Source: Macrostomum hystrix
Taxonomy: Eukaryota > Animalia > Platyhelminthes
DNA length: 64,000 nt
Assembly (NCBI GenBank): GCA_950097015.1
Contig: CATNEN010000002.1
Coordinates: 3,224,001-3,288,000 of the forward strand
Direction: 5' to 3'
Numbering within the stretch: position 1 is the first letter of the stretch; each line of letters opens with the position of its first letter. Made by a program: the position numbers and the translations under genes. The notes under the pieces are model-generated. The model saw nothing but the letters and a program-made list of their open reading frames with translations. It searched no databases and was not told the origin of the DNA. Positions 36,146 through 48,673 of this stretch are shown here, piece after piece.

Positions 36146-37069
36146 CTACGTGAGGACCCTGCTTGACGACCCGTCGCGCTCTGGACGCGGGGATTGGCGC
36201 GAAGCTTCTCCCTTCAGAGCGTGGGAGCATTGGCACAAGCCTTCGGACACGTCTTGGCAGGCAATGACAGTGCAGTTCTTGTGGCAGTACTTCTGGCAAG
36301 GCTTGCAGACTAAGGCGCCGCGGCAGTTGCAGCACTTGAACAAGGCTTGCCTCGAGAAGGCGAACTCGCAAGTGCATGTGGAATTCAAGCGAACTCCTTG
36401 AAGCTGGAGGCCTCCGTTTGACACGAGAATCTCCACGAGGTCCATTTCCGGGTTGAGAAGGCCTAGCGATCTAGAAATAAGGCATGCACTATTATGGTGT
36501 GTCGCAGAGCTTTGCGCGATCGGTAGATAATAAAATTACCTGTTTCCCTCTAAACTGGAAATGCACATTGTTGATAGCGAGCAGCAGGCGGTGGCCAGCG
36601 CGCCGATGATCATTCCCGGAAGCTTGGACAGCGGCGAAGCCCGCATTCGGCGGATCTGGTAGCTGACGCTTTCTCCGCAGATCACTTGCCGGACAAAGTG
36701 CTCGCAGTTGTTGCTCATAATGTTGAACCCCATTGAGCCAACTCGGTACAGACATTCCAGAATCACCTCAGATCGCTTGCTAGCTGTGCAGGTGCAGCTG
36801 TACACCCGGATAGTGCAGTTCTGCACAATATCCCTAAAGTCGTCGAGTCGCACAGAAGCGATGGGTTTGGTGTTCGGGTCGCCAGACAGGTGGCAGAGGA
36901 GGGGAATGGGCTCCTCGCCGGCGCCTCGCGGCCAGGCCCAGCCCAGGAAGATGGCGTAGTGTGAAAAGCCGACCCTGTTGAAGCTGACTGCGGACCCGGG
37001 CACCAAGGCGTTGATGGCGTATTTGAATCTTCGAAAATCTTGGTAGCCGTGCTTGAACCCGACGCACAT
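36146..37069 (-). CDS. LRAT/PLAAT-like + UBR-type zinc finger, copy 5 (284 aa); exons 37069-36540 and 36470-36146
   Basis: MCVG start with an in-frame TGA 18 nt upstream; SHYAIFLG, LCHLSG and NNCEHF. 69-bp phase-2 intron. Finger CTCEF...CCNC...CKPCQKYCHKNC...CQC. Confidence 0.87.
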
Positions 37070-37815
37070 GATGTGCGGTGCTCGTCAGTGCTCAAATTAC
37101 TGCTAGCTGAAACAAAGCAACTATTTTTTATGTCACGTGGGTGTGCAGTGGTTATATAAAAGTGAATAACTAGTCAAGCTGCATGGACGGCTTGTCGTGT
37201 CTGGCATTGTGCAGCGCGTCTTACTCTCTATCCCAGCGCACGGAAAACCGAGGTACTTGAAGCGTGTATCAGGGCAGGGGGCACAGCGGTCGCCAAGCAT
37301 TCTGAGAACAGTCAATACAGGGAGTGAGCCTCTGGGTCAGAGAAGGCAGGGGATGCAGGGCGTGCCCGTGAGAGCTGGACTTTGCGACTGTACTCAGCAC
37401 TCAGAGGTTGAGTGATGTAAACTCATAAAGGATCTCAGGCTTGTTGTCGAGAAGGCGACACATTGGAGGGAAGAGGTACCTTTGCTTGCGTGCGAAGGCT
37501 CACAATAGTAAAGCAGTTGCTTTAATTTTGTAGCAGGACACTGAAACTAGTCCCAAAAAATTGTGCGTGTACATGCAACCGTTTTTGAGTAGAAAAATTT
37601 GTTTGCGACGCAGTTAACAATAGGTTAGAGTGACCAGGCCTTTGAGTAGTTTCCATCATCATCTCAGATTCAAACTGCAACTTGATAGAGATTGATGCTC
37701 CGTGTTAAGGGTTGGCGTCTTCATAATAGAGGTGCATAATTCTGTGCACCTGTCTACACCTGTCTTCATTTTCTTCCGTTCAGTCATTATGTGCGCGAAG
37801 CTTGAGTGGACTACG

Positions 37816-37910
37816 AGGCAGACACATAGGCAGACACATAGGCAGACACATAGGCAGACACATAGGCAGACACATAGGCAGACACATAGGCAGACACATA
37901 GGCAGACACA
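37816..37910. repeat. 12-bp tandem repeat (AGGCAGACACAT), about 8 copies
   Basis: Read directly. Confidence 0.95.
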
Positions 37911-38334
37911 TGCTCTCACAAAAGCTTGCAAATTATTTCGCACTCCAGCATGCTGTCTTCGCTCAAATAAGTTTACTGGCTTGCGATAAAATTAGTCGCA
38001 GATTGTACTTTTGATAGTTTACCGCAGCTAATTAATAGGTTGCATGGCTAAACTGTAAATAAAAATGTTTGAGTGATTTGTAAATGATTGCGTAATTCAG
38101 TTCAACAAAAGCGTCAACTGAAGCAGGTAATTTCAGTTGACCTAAAATTAATCTAAAATAAGTTAAAGAAGTAAGCAAATTAATCAAAACCAGTGGCAAG
38201 GAAAATATTAAGTCACTATTAAATTGCAGACCGAAAGAACTTATGAAAAAGTAAAATTATAATCGTCTTTACGTAAGTAAGTATAACCTGCCAGCAAAGC
38301 CCTCTCAGGAATCCCTGTAGGAAACCATTGCGCC

Positions 38335-38625
38335 TAGTCCATCAGCGGGTGACGACTTGAAGGTCGGAGGTTCGATTCCCGATTCAACTGGAACAATTTG
38401 TGTCCTTTAGCAAGACAATTCATCGATTTCCTGCGGTCTGAGACCTTGAGGTAGAGATGGGGTTGATGACGAACGTTTGCCAGAGATTATCTTATGAGAT
38501 TCACAACTCTTTCCGTGTTCGGTATTGAATTCAAGTCCAACCAGTGCTCCCTGAGCTCGAATCCGCGGCGAGACCACATTCATTTGTGGCACAGCCGCCG
38601 AAAAAGGTTTGGGGGCTTGTCGGGC
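38335..38625 (+). mobile_element. Adjacent fragments of SINE A (about 38335-38420) and SINE B (about 38525-38625)
   Basis: GGTTCGATTCCCGATTCAACTGGAACAATTTGTGTCCTTTAGCAAGAC and CCCTGAGCTCGAATCCGCGGCGAGACCACATT. Confidence 0.65.
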
Positions 38626-39269
38626 TATTTTTGCCCTTTTGGGGCCGGGTGTTAGCCCTTGCAAACTACCGTAATACACCATAATACTATTAAAGCAGTA
38701 AATGCGTGGCTTACAAAAATAAATGACAAATCAATGTCATTGTAGAGATAGGAGTTTAATGATAATTCAATGTTTTATGTAAACTTAATTTAAGCGCAAT
38801 GCATCTTACTTACCACCATCAGTAGTGTAATGTGCCTATTATTAGCTAATTTATATTTACTGTACAACCATACGTAGCCCATACGTATACATAATGCACG
38901 AGTAAAATGTACATGGCCATAGTACAGTGTTATAGTAAGCCACAAACCGTAGGCCACAAATACATTTTTGACTGATTATGTACAATGTGACAGAAAATTC
39001 ATTATGGCGTCAAAATGATTTTGCAATGCCTATATGAACAAGACACCTGAATTCATGAAATCATGAAATATTTGCAAGGCGATGTAAAACTCAATTCTTT
39101 AAGGCGAATTGGCTTGAGCAGTTGAAACCTCCGCAGAGGTGCAAGTGCAAAAACTAGATATCCTGGAACACTTTTGCTGTTGCTTAGAAGAAAAAATAGT
39201 TACTCGAGAATGCTTCATTATGATAATTTCATAAGCCTTTGTTGCGGGCGAAAAGGTTTACAAAAATAA

Positions 39270-39578
39270 TAATAGTAACTGATTACACCTGCCCCAATTG
39301 GGCAACATATGCAGCCGACAGTACAGCCACAGATATTGCCAAGCGCATCTGAAGGCTGCGTACGGCTGTTCAGTCCATGGACTGGTTTGGAGAGATACCA
39401 AACCCACCCTCAATAACCCCAACTGATGCTGGCACCCAGGATTTAAGAACTGGATCAACGGAACTAAATGGTTAAGTGCTTTTGCTAAAGGACTCAATTA
39501 GTTCCATTCAAGCCAAGAATCGAACCACCGACCTTCAAGTCATGCGTCTGAAGTCCTAGCCACTAGACTACTATACCA
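39270..39578 (-). mobile_element. SINE family A copy
   Basis: Reverse complement of the head (AATCGAACCACCGACCTTC...CCACTAGACTAC) and body (CAGTCCATGGAC, CCAACTGATGCTGGCACCC). Confidence 0.75.
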
Positions 39579-39654
39579 TTTTAACAGTAAAGAAAAACAT
39601 GTCAATAGAATAGCTGAGTACAGTTGGGATCGAATCAAAGTTGCATGAAGTTGA

Positions 39655-42600
39655 ATTGAATTGAGCAAATTTACAGTGAATATGGACAGTGGGCAATCAC
39701 AAATGAATTGAGCAAATTTACAGTGAATATGGACAGTGGGCAATCACAAATGAAATGAGCAAATTTACAGTGAATATGGACAGTGGGAAATCACAAATGA
39801 AATGAGCAAATTTACAGTGAATATGGACAGTGGGTAATCACAAATGAATTGAGCAAATTTACAGTGAATATGGACAGTGGGTAATCACAAATGAAATGAG
39901 CAAATTTACAGTGAATATGGACAGTGGGAAATCACAAATGAATTGAGCAAATTTACAGTGAATATGGACAGTGGGCAATCACAAATGAATTGAGCAAATT
40001 TACAGTGAATATGGACAGTGGGTAATCACAAATGAAATGAGCAAATTTACAGTGAATATGGACAGTGGGCAATCACAAATGAATTGAGCAAATTTACAGT
40101 GAATATGGACAGTGGGTAATCACAAATGAAATGAGCAAATTTACAGTGAATATGGACAGTGGGTAATCACAAATTAATTGAGCAAATTTACAGTGAATAT
40201 GGACAGTGGGAAATCACAAATGAATTGAGCAAATTTACAGTGAATATGGACAGTGGGTAATCACAAATGAAATGAGCAAATTTACAGTGAATATGGACAG
40301 TGGGTAATCACAAATGAAATGAGCAAATTTACAGTGAATATGGACAGTGGGTAATCACAAATGAAATGAGCAAATTTACAGTGAATATGGACAGTGGGCA
40401 ATCACAAATGAAATGAGCAAATTTACAGTGAATATGGACAGTGGGTAATCACAAATGAAATGAGCAAATTTACAGTGAATATGGACAGTGGGCAATCACA
40501 AATGAAATGAGCAAATTTACAGTGAATATGGACAGTGGGTAATCACAAATGAAATGAGCAAATTTACAGTGAATATGGACAGTGGGCAATCACAAATGAA
40601 ATGAGCAAATTTACAGTGAATATAGACAGTGGGTAATCACAAATGAAATGAGCAAATTTACAGTGAATATGGACAGTGGGAAATCACAAATGAAATGAGC
40701 AAATTTACAGTGAATATGGACAGTGGGCAATCACAAATGAAATGAGCAAATTTACAGTGAATATGGACAGTGGGCAATCACAAATGAAATGAGCAAATTT
40801 ACAGTGAATATGGACAGTGGGTAATCACAAATGAAATGAGCAAATTTACAGTGAATATGGACAGTGGGCAATCACAAATGAAATGAGCAAATTTACAGTG
40901 AATATGGACAGTGGGCAATCACAAATGAAATGAGCAAATTTACAGTGAATATGGACAGTGGGTAATCACAAATGAAATGAGCAAATTTACAGTGAATATG
41001 GACAGTGGGTAATCACAAATGAAATGAGCAAATTTACAGTGAATATGGACAGTGGGCAATCACAAATGAAATGAGCAAATTTACAGTGAATATGGACAGT
41101 GGGCAATCACAAATGAAATGAGCAAATTTACAGTGAATATGGACAGTGGGCAATCACAAATGAAATGAGCAAATTTACAGTGAATATGGACAGTGGGTAA
41201 TCACAAATGAAATGAGCAAATTTACAGTGAATATGGACAGTGGGCAATCACAAATGAAATGAGCAAATTTACAGTGAATATGGACAGTGGGCAATCACAA
41301 ATGAAATGAGCAAATTTACTGTGAATATGGACAGTGGGCAATCACAAATGAAATGAGCAAATTTACAGTGAATATAGACAGTGGGTAATCACAAATGAAA
41401 TGAGCAAATTTACAGTGAATATGGACAGTGGGAAATCACAAATGAAATGAGCAAATTTACAGTGAATATGGACAGTGGGTAATCACAAATTAATTGAGCA
41501 AATTTACAGTGAATATGGACAGTGGGTAATCACAAATGAAATGAGCAAATTTACAGTGAATATGGACAGTGGGAAATCACAAATGAAATGAGCAAATTTA
41601 CAGTGAATATGGACAGTGGGCAATCACAAATTAATTGAGCAAATTTACAGTGAATATGGACAGTGGGCAATCACAAATGAAATGAGCAAATTTACAGTGA
41701 ATATGGACAGTGGGTAATCACAAATGAAATGAGCAAATTTACAGTGAATATGGACAGTGGGTAATCACAAATGAAATGAGCAAATTTACAGTGAATATGG
41801 ACAGTGGGTAATCACAAATGAAATGAGCAAATTTACAGTGAATATGGACAGTGGGTAATCACAAATTAATTGAGCAAATTTACAGTGAATATGGACAGTG
41901 GGCAATCACAAATGAAATGAGCAAATTTACAGTGAATATGGACAGTGGGCAATCACAAATGAAATGAGCAAATTTACAGTGAATATGGACAGTGGGTAAT
42001 CACAAATGAAATGAGCAAATTTACAGTGAATATGGACAGTGGGTAATCACAAATGAAATGAGCAAATTTACAGTGAATATGGACAGTGGGCAATCACAAA
42101 TGAAATGAGCAAATTTACAGTGAATATGGACAGTGGGTAATCACAAATTAATTGAGCAAATTTACAGTGAATATGGACAGTGGGTAATCACAAATTAATT
42201 GAGCAAATTTACAGTGAATATGGACAGTGGGAAATCACAAATGAAATGAGCAAATTTACAGTGAATATGGACAGTGGGTAATCACAAATTAATTGAGCAA
42301 ATTTACAGTGAATATGGACAGTGGGAAATCACAAATGAAATGAGCAAATTTACAGTGCATATGGACAGTGGGTAATCACAAATTAATTGAGCAAATTTAC
42401 TGTGAATATGGACAGTGGGAAATCACAAATGAAATGAGCAAATTTACAGTGAATATGGACAGTGGGTAATCACAAATTAATTGAGCAAATTTACAGTGAA
42501 TATGGACAGTGGGTAATCACAAATGAATTGAGCAAATTTACAGTGAATATGGACAGTGGGCAATCACAAATGAAATGAGCAAATTTACAGTGAATATGGA

Positions 42601-42930
42601 CAGTGGGAAATCACAAATGAAATGAGCAAATTTACAGTGAATATGGACAGTGGGAAATCACAAATGAAATGAGCAAATTTACAGTGAATATGGACAGTGG
42701 GCAATCACAAATGAATTGAGCAAATTTACAGTGAATATGGACAGTGGGAAATCACAAATGAATTGAGCAAATTTACAGTGAATATGGACAGTGGGCAATC
42801 ACAAATGAAATGAGCAAATTTACAGTGAATATGGACAGTGGGAAATCACAAATGAATTGAGCAAATTTACAGTGAATATGGACAGTGGGCAATCACAAAT
42901 GAATTGAGCAAATTTACAGTGAATATGGAC
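39655..42930. repeat. Satellite array, 47-bp unit, about 70 copies (3.3 kb)
   Basis: Unit TGAGCAAATTTACAGTGAATATGGACAGTGGG(C/T/A)AATCACAAATGAAA; period 47. Confidence 0.98.
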
Positions 42931-42977
42931 ACTATGTAACCCAGTTGTAGGCACATATTTGTCCCGCAAGGTCTCAG

Positions 42978-44138
42978 CTAAGCTCGGGTTCGAGTATTGC
43001 TGTCTTCCAGGGCCTCAATTTGTCGATGCTGGCAGTCGCAGTAGCCGTTCGGGCTCTCGGCTTCCTTCAACCTGCGGATACGGCAGTCAGCGTGACAGTC
43101 GGCCGCACAGTGTCGGCAGATGTATTTGGGATCAACAATGCCGCAGCTGAGGCACTCCAGCAGCACTTGACAGGAGCTGAGGTTCTCGCCGGTGAAATCG
43201 CGACTGCACCTGGGACTGACGCGGATCTTTGTGCCCAGGGGCCGGAAGGTGACCTCAAGCATTTCCAGCTTGGCGGATACGAGGCCAAGGAGCCTGAGAG
43301 TGAGTTGGCAGTACATGCGGCAGTAAGTGGTTGATAGCAATTCACAGGAGCTGTCCCCTGTACACAAATACGTAATCGCTACTGCAGCCCATCATTACTT
43401 GACAGTGGCGTAGCCAGGATTTTTGTCTAGGGGGGCCGCCCATTTTGGGACGTCACTACCACGGGGGCGTCACTAGTTTCATCAATTCCCCAGCTACTCT
43501 CACCAGCTCTGATCCCAATCAGCCAGTGGATCTGGCAGTTCATCCAAGATGCTGCACTGCGGCTCAGAGGCGGAGACAGCTCGTCGCAATCTTTTGATGA
43601 GCCAGGACGCTCCGGCAGTCAACTCAGTGCCGAGAAGAGAGGCCGAAATCCAGCCAGTCATTCGAAGAAATTTCTGCTTAACCTGCTCAACAACGACTGG
43701 CTGTTCGGCAACGGCGACAATCTGCCTGATCAGAGCAGAGCAGCAACCGCCAGCTAGACTCCGGTAGCGTAGGAAGCACTGGGAGATCCTGGCATCCCGG
43801 TCCTCAGCTGAACAATCACACTGATAAACTCTCAGAGCGGTGGATCGCAGCGCCAGGTCGTGAAAGCTAGCCAGACGCTGCTCGCCGCCGATCAAGTGGC
43901 TAACAAGGTGCACGGGCTCCAGCTCCACAGTTCCCGCTTTGACCAGCCAGGCCTGGCCGAGGTAGAGACCAAAGTGACGATGGCAGGTGAGGTCGCCATC
44001 GGATGCATCGGCTTGCAACACGAAACTCACCGGAGCGCCGACTGAGACTCTGATCAACGCCTGGGCAATGCCGGTGTACGGTCGGCTGGTCAAGTCAAAG
44101 TCACAGCAGCGCTGCCTTTCCAGAGAGTCGAGACACAT
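42978..44138 (-). CDS. Divergent LRAT/PLAAT-like + UBR-type zinc finger, copy 6 (316 aa); exons 44138-43504 and 43293-42978
   Basis: MCLD start; RHFGLYLG, VSHLIG and LRVYQCDCS; GGCCSALIR in place of NNCEHFVR. Same phase-2 intron. Finger CSRDFTG...CLSC...CRHCAADCHADC...YCDC. Confidence 0.75.
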
Positions 44139-44969
44139 CTTTAGATTTGAAACCAGAATTGCGTAAAATTGTCTTTTCCGAGCAACTTCGAGAAAGCCGC
44201 AACAAATACGCGACGATGAATACACGTAGCTTTGCACAATGCCAATTAGGAACCACGCAAACAAGATGCAGAAATTCTGTCTGTGTTTTTCTGGAATTTT
44301 CCTGGAAATTTTCACTAGAAAGACGCGCCGAAAATAAGTTGCTTTTTGTGAGACAGTGAGACTCAAATTTAATTTTCGTATCAGAGCTTGTGTTTTATTT
44401 TTAGCTAACCCAAACAACTTGCTTCGAGTTTGACTGTTTATTTGCTTCTTATAACTCAAGCAGCTTTCGGTTTTATCAACTTTGCGTCCCGTGATTTATG
44501 AACTTTGGCGTCCGAAATACGTCCGAAAGACGTCCCGAAATATGACAAAATCTTAAAATAAATATATAATTTACATGAGAAACTTCTACCTGTAGATTAG
44601 CAGGTGCCACTTCACGCATACAGCATTGCGGAATAGGAGGAAAATATTGATGACAGACGGAATCAATGAGGAACAGTGACAGTGAAAGGTGGAGTGAGCT
44701 GGAATGAAAGGTAGACTGAGGGGTAGAGTGAGGTAGAGTGAGAGGTAGATTAAGAGGTAGAGTGAAAGGAAAAATGAGTGAGGCGACCTTCAGGAGACCG
44801 GCCTACCCCTTCCCATCACCTACAAAAGAGATTCTCAACCCTTTAGAGACGAAAAGGTGATCTTGTATACCAATAACACTGCAAGACTGATTAAAACAGT
44901 TAGTTTTTATTACAATTGTACTTTTACGGTTGCTTTAAGTTCGATCTAATCATACATGGAGCTCGCGAT

Positions 44970-47535
44970 CTAGTTGAGTTTTTGAGAACCCAGACTCCCA
45001 GCTTCATTGGTTAAGGGCACCTGTTTGCCCGAGCTGGTGGGGCGCATCTTGTGCTGGCAGTCGCAGAATCCCGGGCCGTCGTTGAAGCCACGCGTGTCGC
45101 AGTCGACGTGGCACATCAGCACGCAGGCTCGGCAGACGACCTTGTCGCCGGTGATGCCGCAGCTGAGGCAGTGGAAGAGTTCCTGCTCGATGCTCTGGTT
45201 AGGCCCTGTGTAAACCTTGGTGCAGCACGGGTTCACATCGACCGTGGCAGAAAGTCCCGATCCGTTGACTCCGATCTCAATTAGATCCATGTCGGGATTG
45301 ATCAGGCCTAGGGATCTGCCGGAGTAGTTTTTCTAGATCAACGTAGGGCTAGGAACAATAAGAATTGGTAATCATTTTTTTACTTTGCGCTACAGGGTCC
45401 CTGGCAGCTCAATCTCCTGGCCAGTCAAGACACCATCGCTAGGCTTGTCTGGATCCCTGGCAGCTCAATCTCCTGGCCAGTCAAGACACCATCGCTAGGC
45501 TTGTCTGGATCCCTGGCAGCTCAATCTCCTGGCCAGTCAAGACACCATCGCTAGGCTTGTCTGGATCCCTGGCAGCTCAATCTCCTGGCCAGTCAAGACA
45601 CCATCGCTAGGCTTGTCTGGATCCCTGGCAGCTCAATCTCCTGGCCAGTCAAGACACCATCGCTAGGCTTGTCTGGATCCCTGGCAGCTCAATCTCCTGG
45701 CCAGTCAAGACACCATCGCTAGGCTTGTCTGGATCCCTGGCAGCTCAATCTCCTGGCCAGTCAAGACACCATCGCTAGGCTTGTCTGGATCCCTGGCAGC
45801 TCAATCTCCTGGCCAGTCAAGACACCATCGCTAGGCTTGTCTGGATCCCTGGCAGCTCAATCTCCTGGCCAGTCAAGACACCATCGCTAGGCTTGTCTGG
45901 ATCCCTGGCAGCTCAATCTCCTGGCCAGTCAAGACACCATCGCTAGGCTTGTCTGGATCCCTGGCAGCTCAATCTCCTGGCCAGTCAAGACACCATCGCT
46001 AGGCTTGTCTGGATCCCTGGCAGCTCAATCTCCTGGCCAGTCAAGACACCATCGCTAGGCTTGTAGGGTCCCTGGCAGCTCAATCTCCTGGCCAGTCAAG
46101 ACACCATCGCTAGGCTTGTCTGGATCCCTGGCAGCTCAATCTCCTGGCCAGTCAAGACACCATCGCTAGGCTTGTAGGGTCCCTGGCAGCTCAATCTCCT
46201 GGCCAGTCAAGACACCATCGCTAGGCTTGTCTGGATCCCTGGCAGCTCAATCTCCTGGCCAGTCAAGACACCATCGCTAGGCTTGTCTGGATCCCTGGCA
46301 GCTCAATCTCCTGGCCAGTCAAGACACCATCGCTAGGCTTGTCTGGATCCCTGGCAGCTCAATCTCCTGGCCAGTCAAGACACCATCGCTAGGCTTGTAG
46401 GGTCCCTGGCAGCTCAATCTCCTGGCCAGTCAAGACACCATCGCTAGGCTTGTCTGGATCCCTGGCAGCTCAATCTCCTGGCCAGTCAAGACACCATCGC
46501 TAGGCTTGTCTGGATCCCTGGCAGCTCAATCTCCTGGCCAGTCAAGACACCATCGCTAGGCTTGTCTGGATCCCTGGCAGCTCAATCTCCTGGCCAGTCA
46601 AGACACCATCGCTAGGCTTGTCTGGATCCCCAGTCACAAGCTTCCATGTGAATGAGCTCGCAGTCAGCCAATTGCCAAACATCCAGAGCGTCAGTCCCGT
46701 GGCCCTCCAAGGCTCAGGAATATCTAACCTCACTGGTCACACGGCTGCTAAGCTATAGGCACTGCTTCCTTCGAGGGTCCCTCCGGAGTGCATGGACTTT
46801 GTCCCCTTTGTGCGAAGCGGGTCTTCAGGCATTAGCGATATGGGCGACTCCCGCTTCCTCGCTGCGTGTACGGACCACCCAACAGCTTAAGTCAAGTAAG
46901 TCGAGTTGTGGGCCACATACATGTACAGCCAGTGACAGTTGCGTCTGATACAATGTCCCAATAGAAAGCAAAGCCAGGCAGCAAATCAAAACTCACCCGA
47001 TCTTCGTCAGTCCGATGGCCACGCAGGAGCTGGACGAAGTGATGGAGCCTCCAAGTGGCGCACCGATTAGCAGCCTGGGCAGCTGCACAATCGGCGCGGC
47101 GAATGTCCAGAAGGCCTGGTAGCTGAAGCTGCGATTGTTGATGACGTGGCGCACGAAGTGCTCGCAGTTGTTCGTCACCAGGTTGTAGCCCTCCTCGCCG
47201 ACCCGCGCCAGGCAGTCGCGAATGACGCGCATCCGTTTGGCCGGCTGGCAGCGACACTTGTACACGCGCACAGTCGAGTTCTGCACCACGTCGCGCAGAT
47301 CGTCCAGTCGCACGGAGGCCATCGGGACGGTTCTGGCGTCGCCAGAGAAGTGGCAGACTAGCGGGATAGGCTCGTCTAGAGTCTCCTTGGGCCAGGCCAG
47401 GCCCAGGTAGATAGCGAAGTGGAACAGGCCGATCCGATCGAAGCTGATGGCGGAGCCCGGTGTCATGGCTGCCACGGCGTCTTTAACCTTCCAGTAGGGG
47501 AAGTCTTTGTAGCCGTTGGTGAAGCCGACGCACAT
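44970..47535 (-). CDS. LRAT/PLAAT-like + UBR-type zinc finger, copy 7 (294 aa); exons 47535-46997 and 45315-44970
   Basis: MCVG start; FHFAIYLG, VCHFSG and NNCEHF. 1.68-kb phase-2 intron. Finger CCTKVYTG...EQELFHCLSC...CRACVLMCHVDC...FCDC. Confidence 0.85.
45396..46630. repeat. 56-bp tandem repeat, about 22 copies, in the intron of copy 7
   Basis: Unit CTGGCAGCTCAATCTCCTGGCCAGTCAAGACACCATCGCTAGGCTTGTCTGGATCC; three 55-bp variants. Confidence 0.97.
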
Positions 47536-48673
47536 GGCTTTGTTGGATATTCTTCGAGTTAACAACAAAGAGAATGCAAGAAGACATTGCCTAAGACATT
47601 TGCTGGCCCACTAATATAGTTGCTTTATGTGCAAGTTTCATGCCCACTTTTGAGCTTGATAAGATAAAAGATCACTAAGTCACATGATTATCTGACCAAT
47701 TCTTAGGCCCTTAATTAAGAGTGCACTTTTCCATATACAAAACTGGCTCTCTGGAGATAAAATTGTCTCAGCCAGGAAAATCCTGCTTAGCAAACCAAGT
47801 GACGTTACTTGAACCCAAAAAATAATTTTTATTTACAAAATTTCACGTTTCGATCTTGAGACTATCAATACGAGTAAGGAAAATTTGCAGCTGAAGTGTC
47901 AAAGTTGTAATCGATTACACCTGCCCAATCGGGCCAGATTGGAAGACAGTCTGCGGCTGTTTAGTCCATGGACTGGGGGGCCGCCACATCCACCCAGGAT
48001 TACCACCAGCTAACGCTGGTACTCATTAATCTCGAAATCAAGCTCAGGTACCTTGGTGCGAGTGGCAAACGCATTAAACGTTCTGCCACCGACCCCCCGG
48101 CTTTTGTATCAAAGCCGAGATGCTTACTTTGCCGGTTGTATTTGTACTATACATATATTATAGAAGGATTTTCCGTGGAAATTCCTTCAGAATTTTGAAT
48201 GAAGTTTTATTATCGAATACTTGGAATTCCAAGATAAGAAAAAATACGACATCACCTGTTAGTTTATGGGCTTTGCACTTAAAATTGTGTAATCAGGTAG
48301 TGCGAAAGTGCGGAAAAATGTAAACTTACTAAGCGAGTGAAAAAAAACAAAAAATCACAGTTAAAGGAAAATCATATTTATAGGAATATTTTATTTCTTT
48401 AAAACAAATACAACACAAGTAAACACACCTTAAAGTAATGAATTTATATGCAATAGTATTTTGTTCGCATGGTGAAATAACAAAGTATTAGAAATAAACA
48501 ATAAAATAACAAGCAACAGCTGCAAAGAACAATTCAATCCAAACGATTATAAGCATCTCGTATCACGGAATTAAACAAGGTCACAGAGTTACAGCAAACA
48601 TACAAGCAACTATTGCGGATAACAGACGCAACAAATCAGTGAGTTGCATTTCTCACACAAACTACTGAATTCA

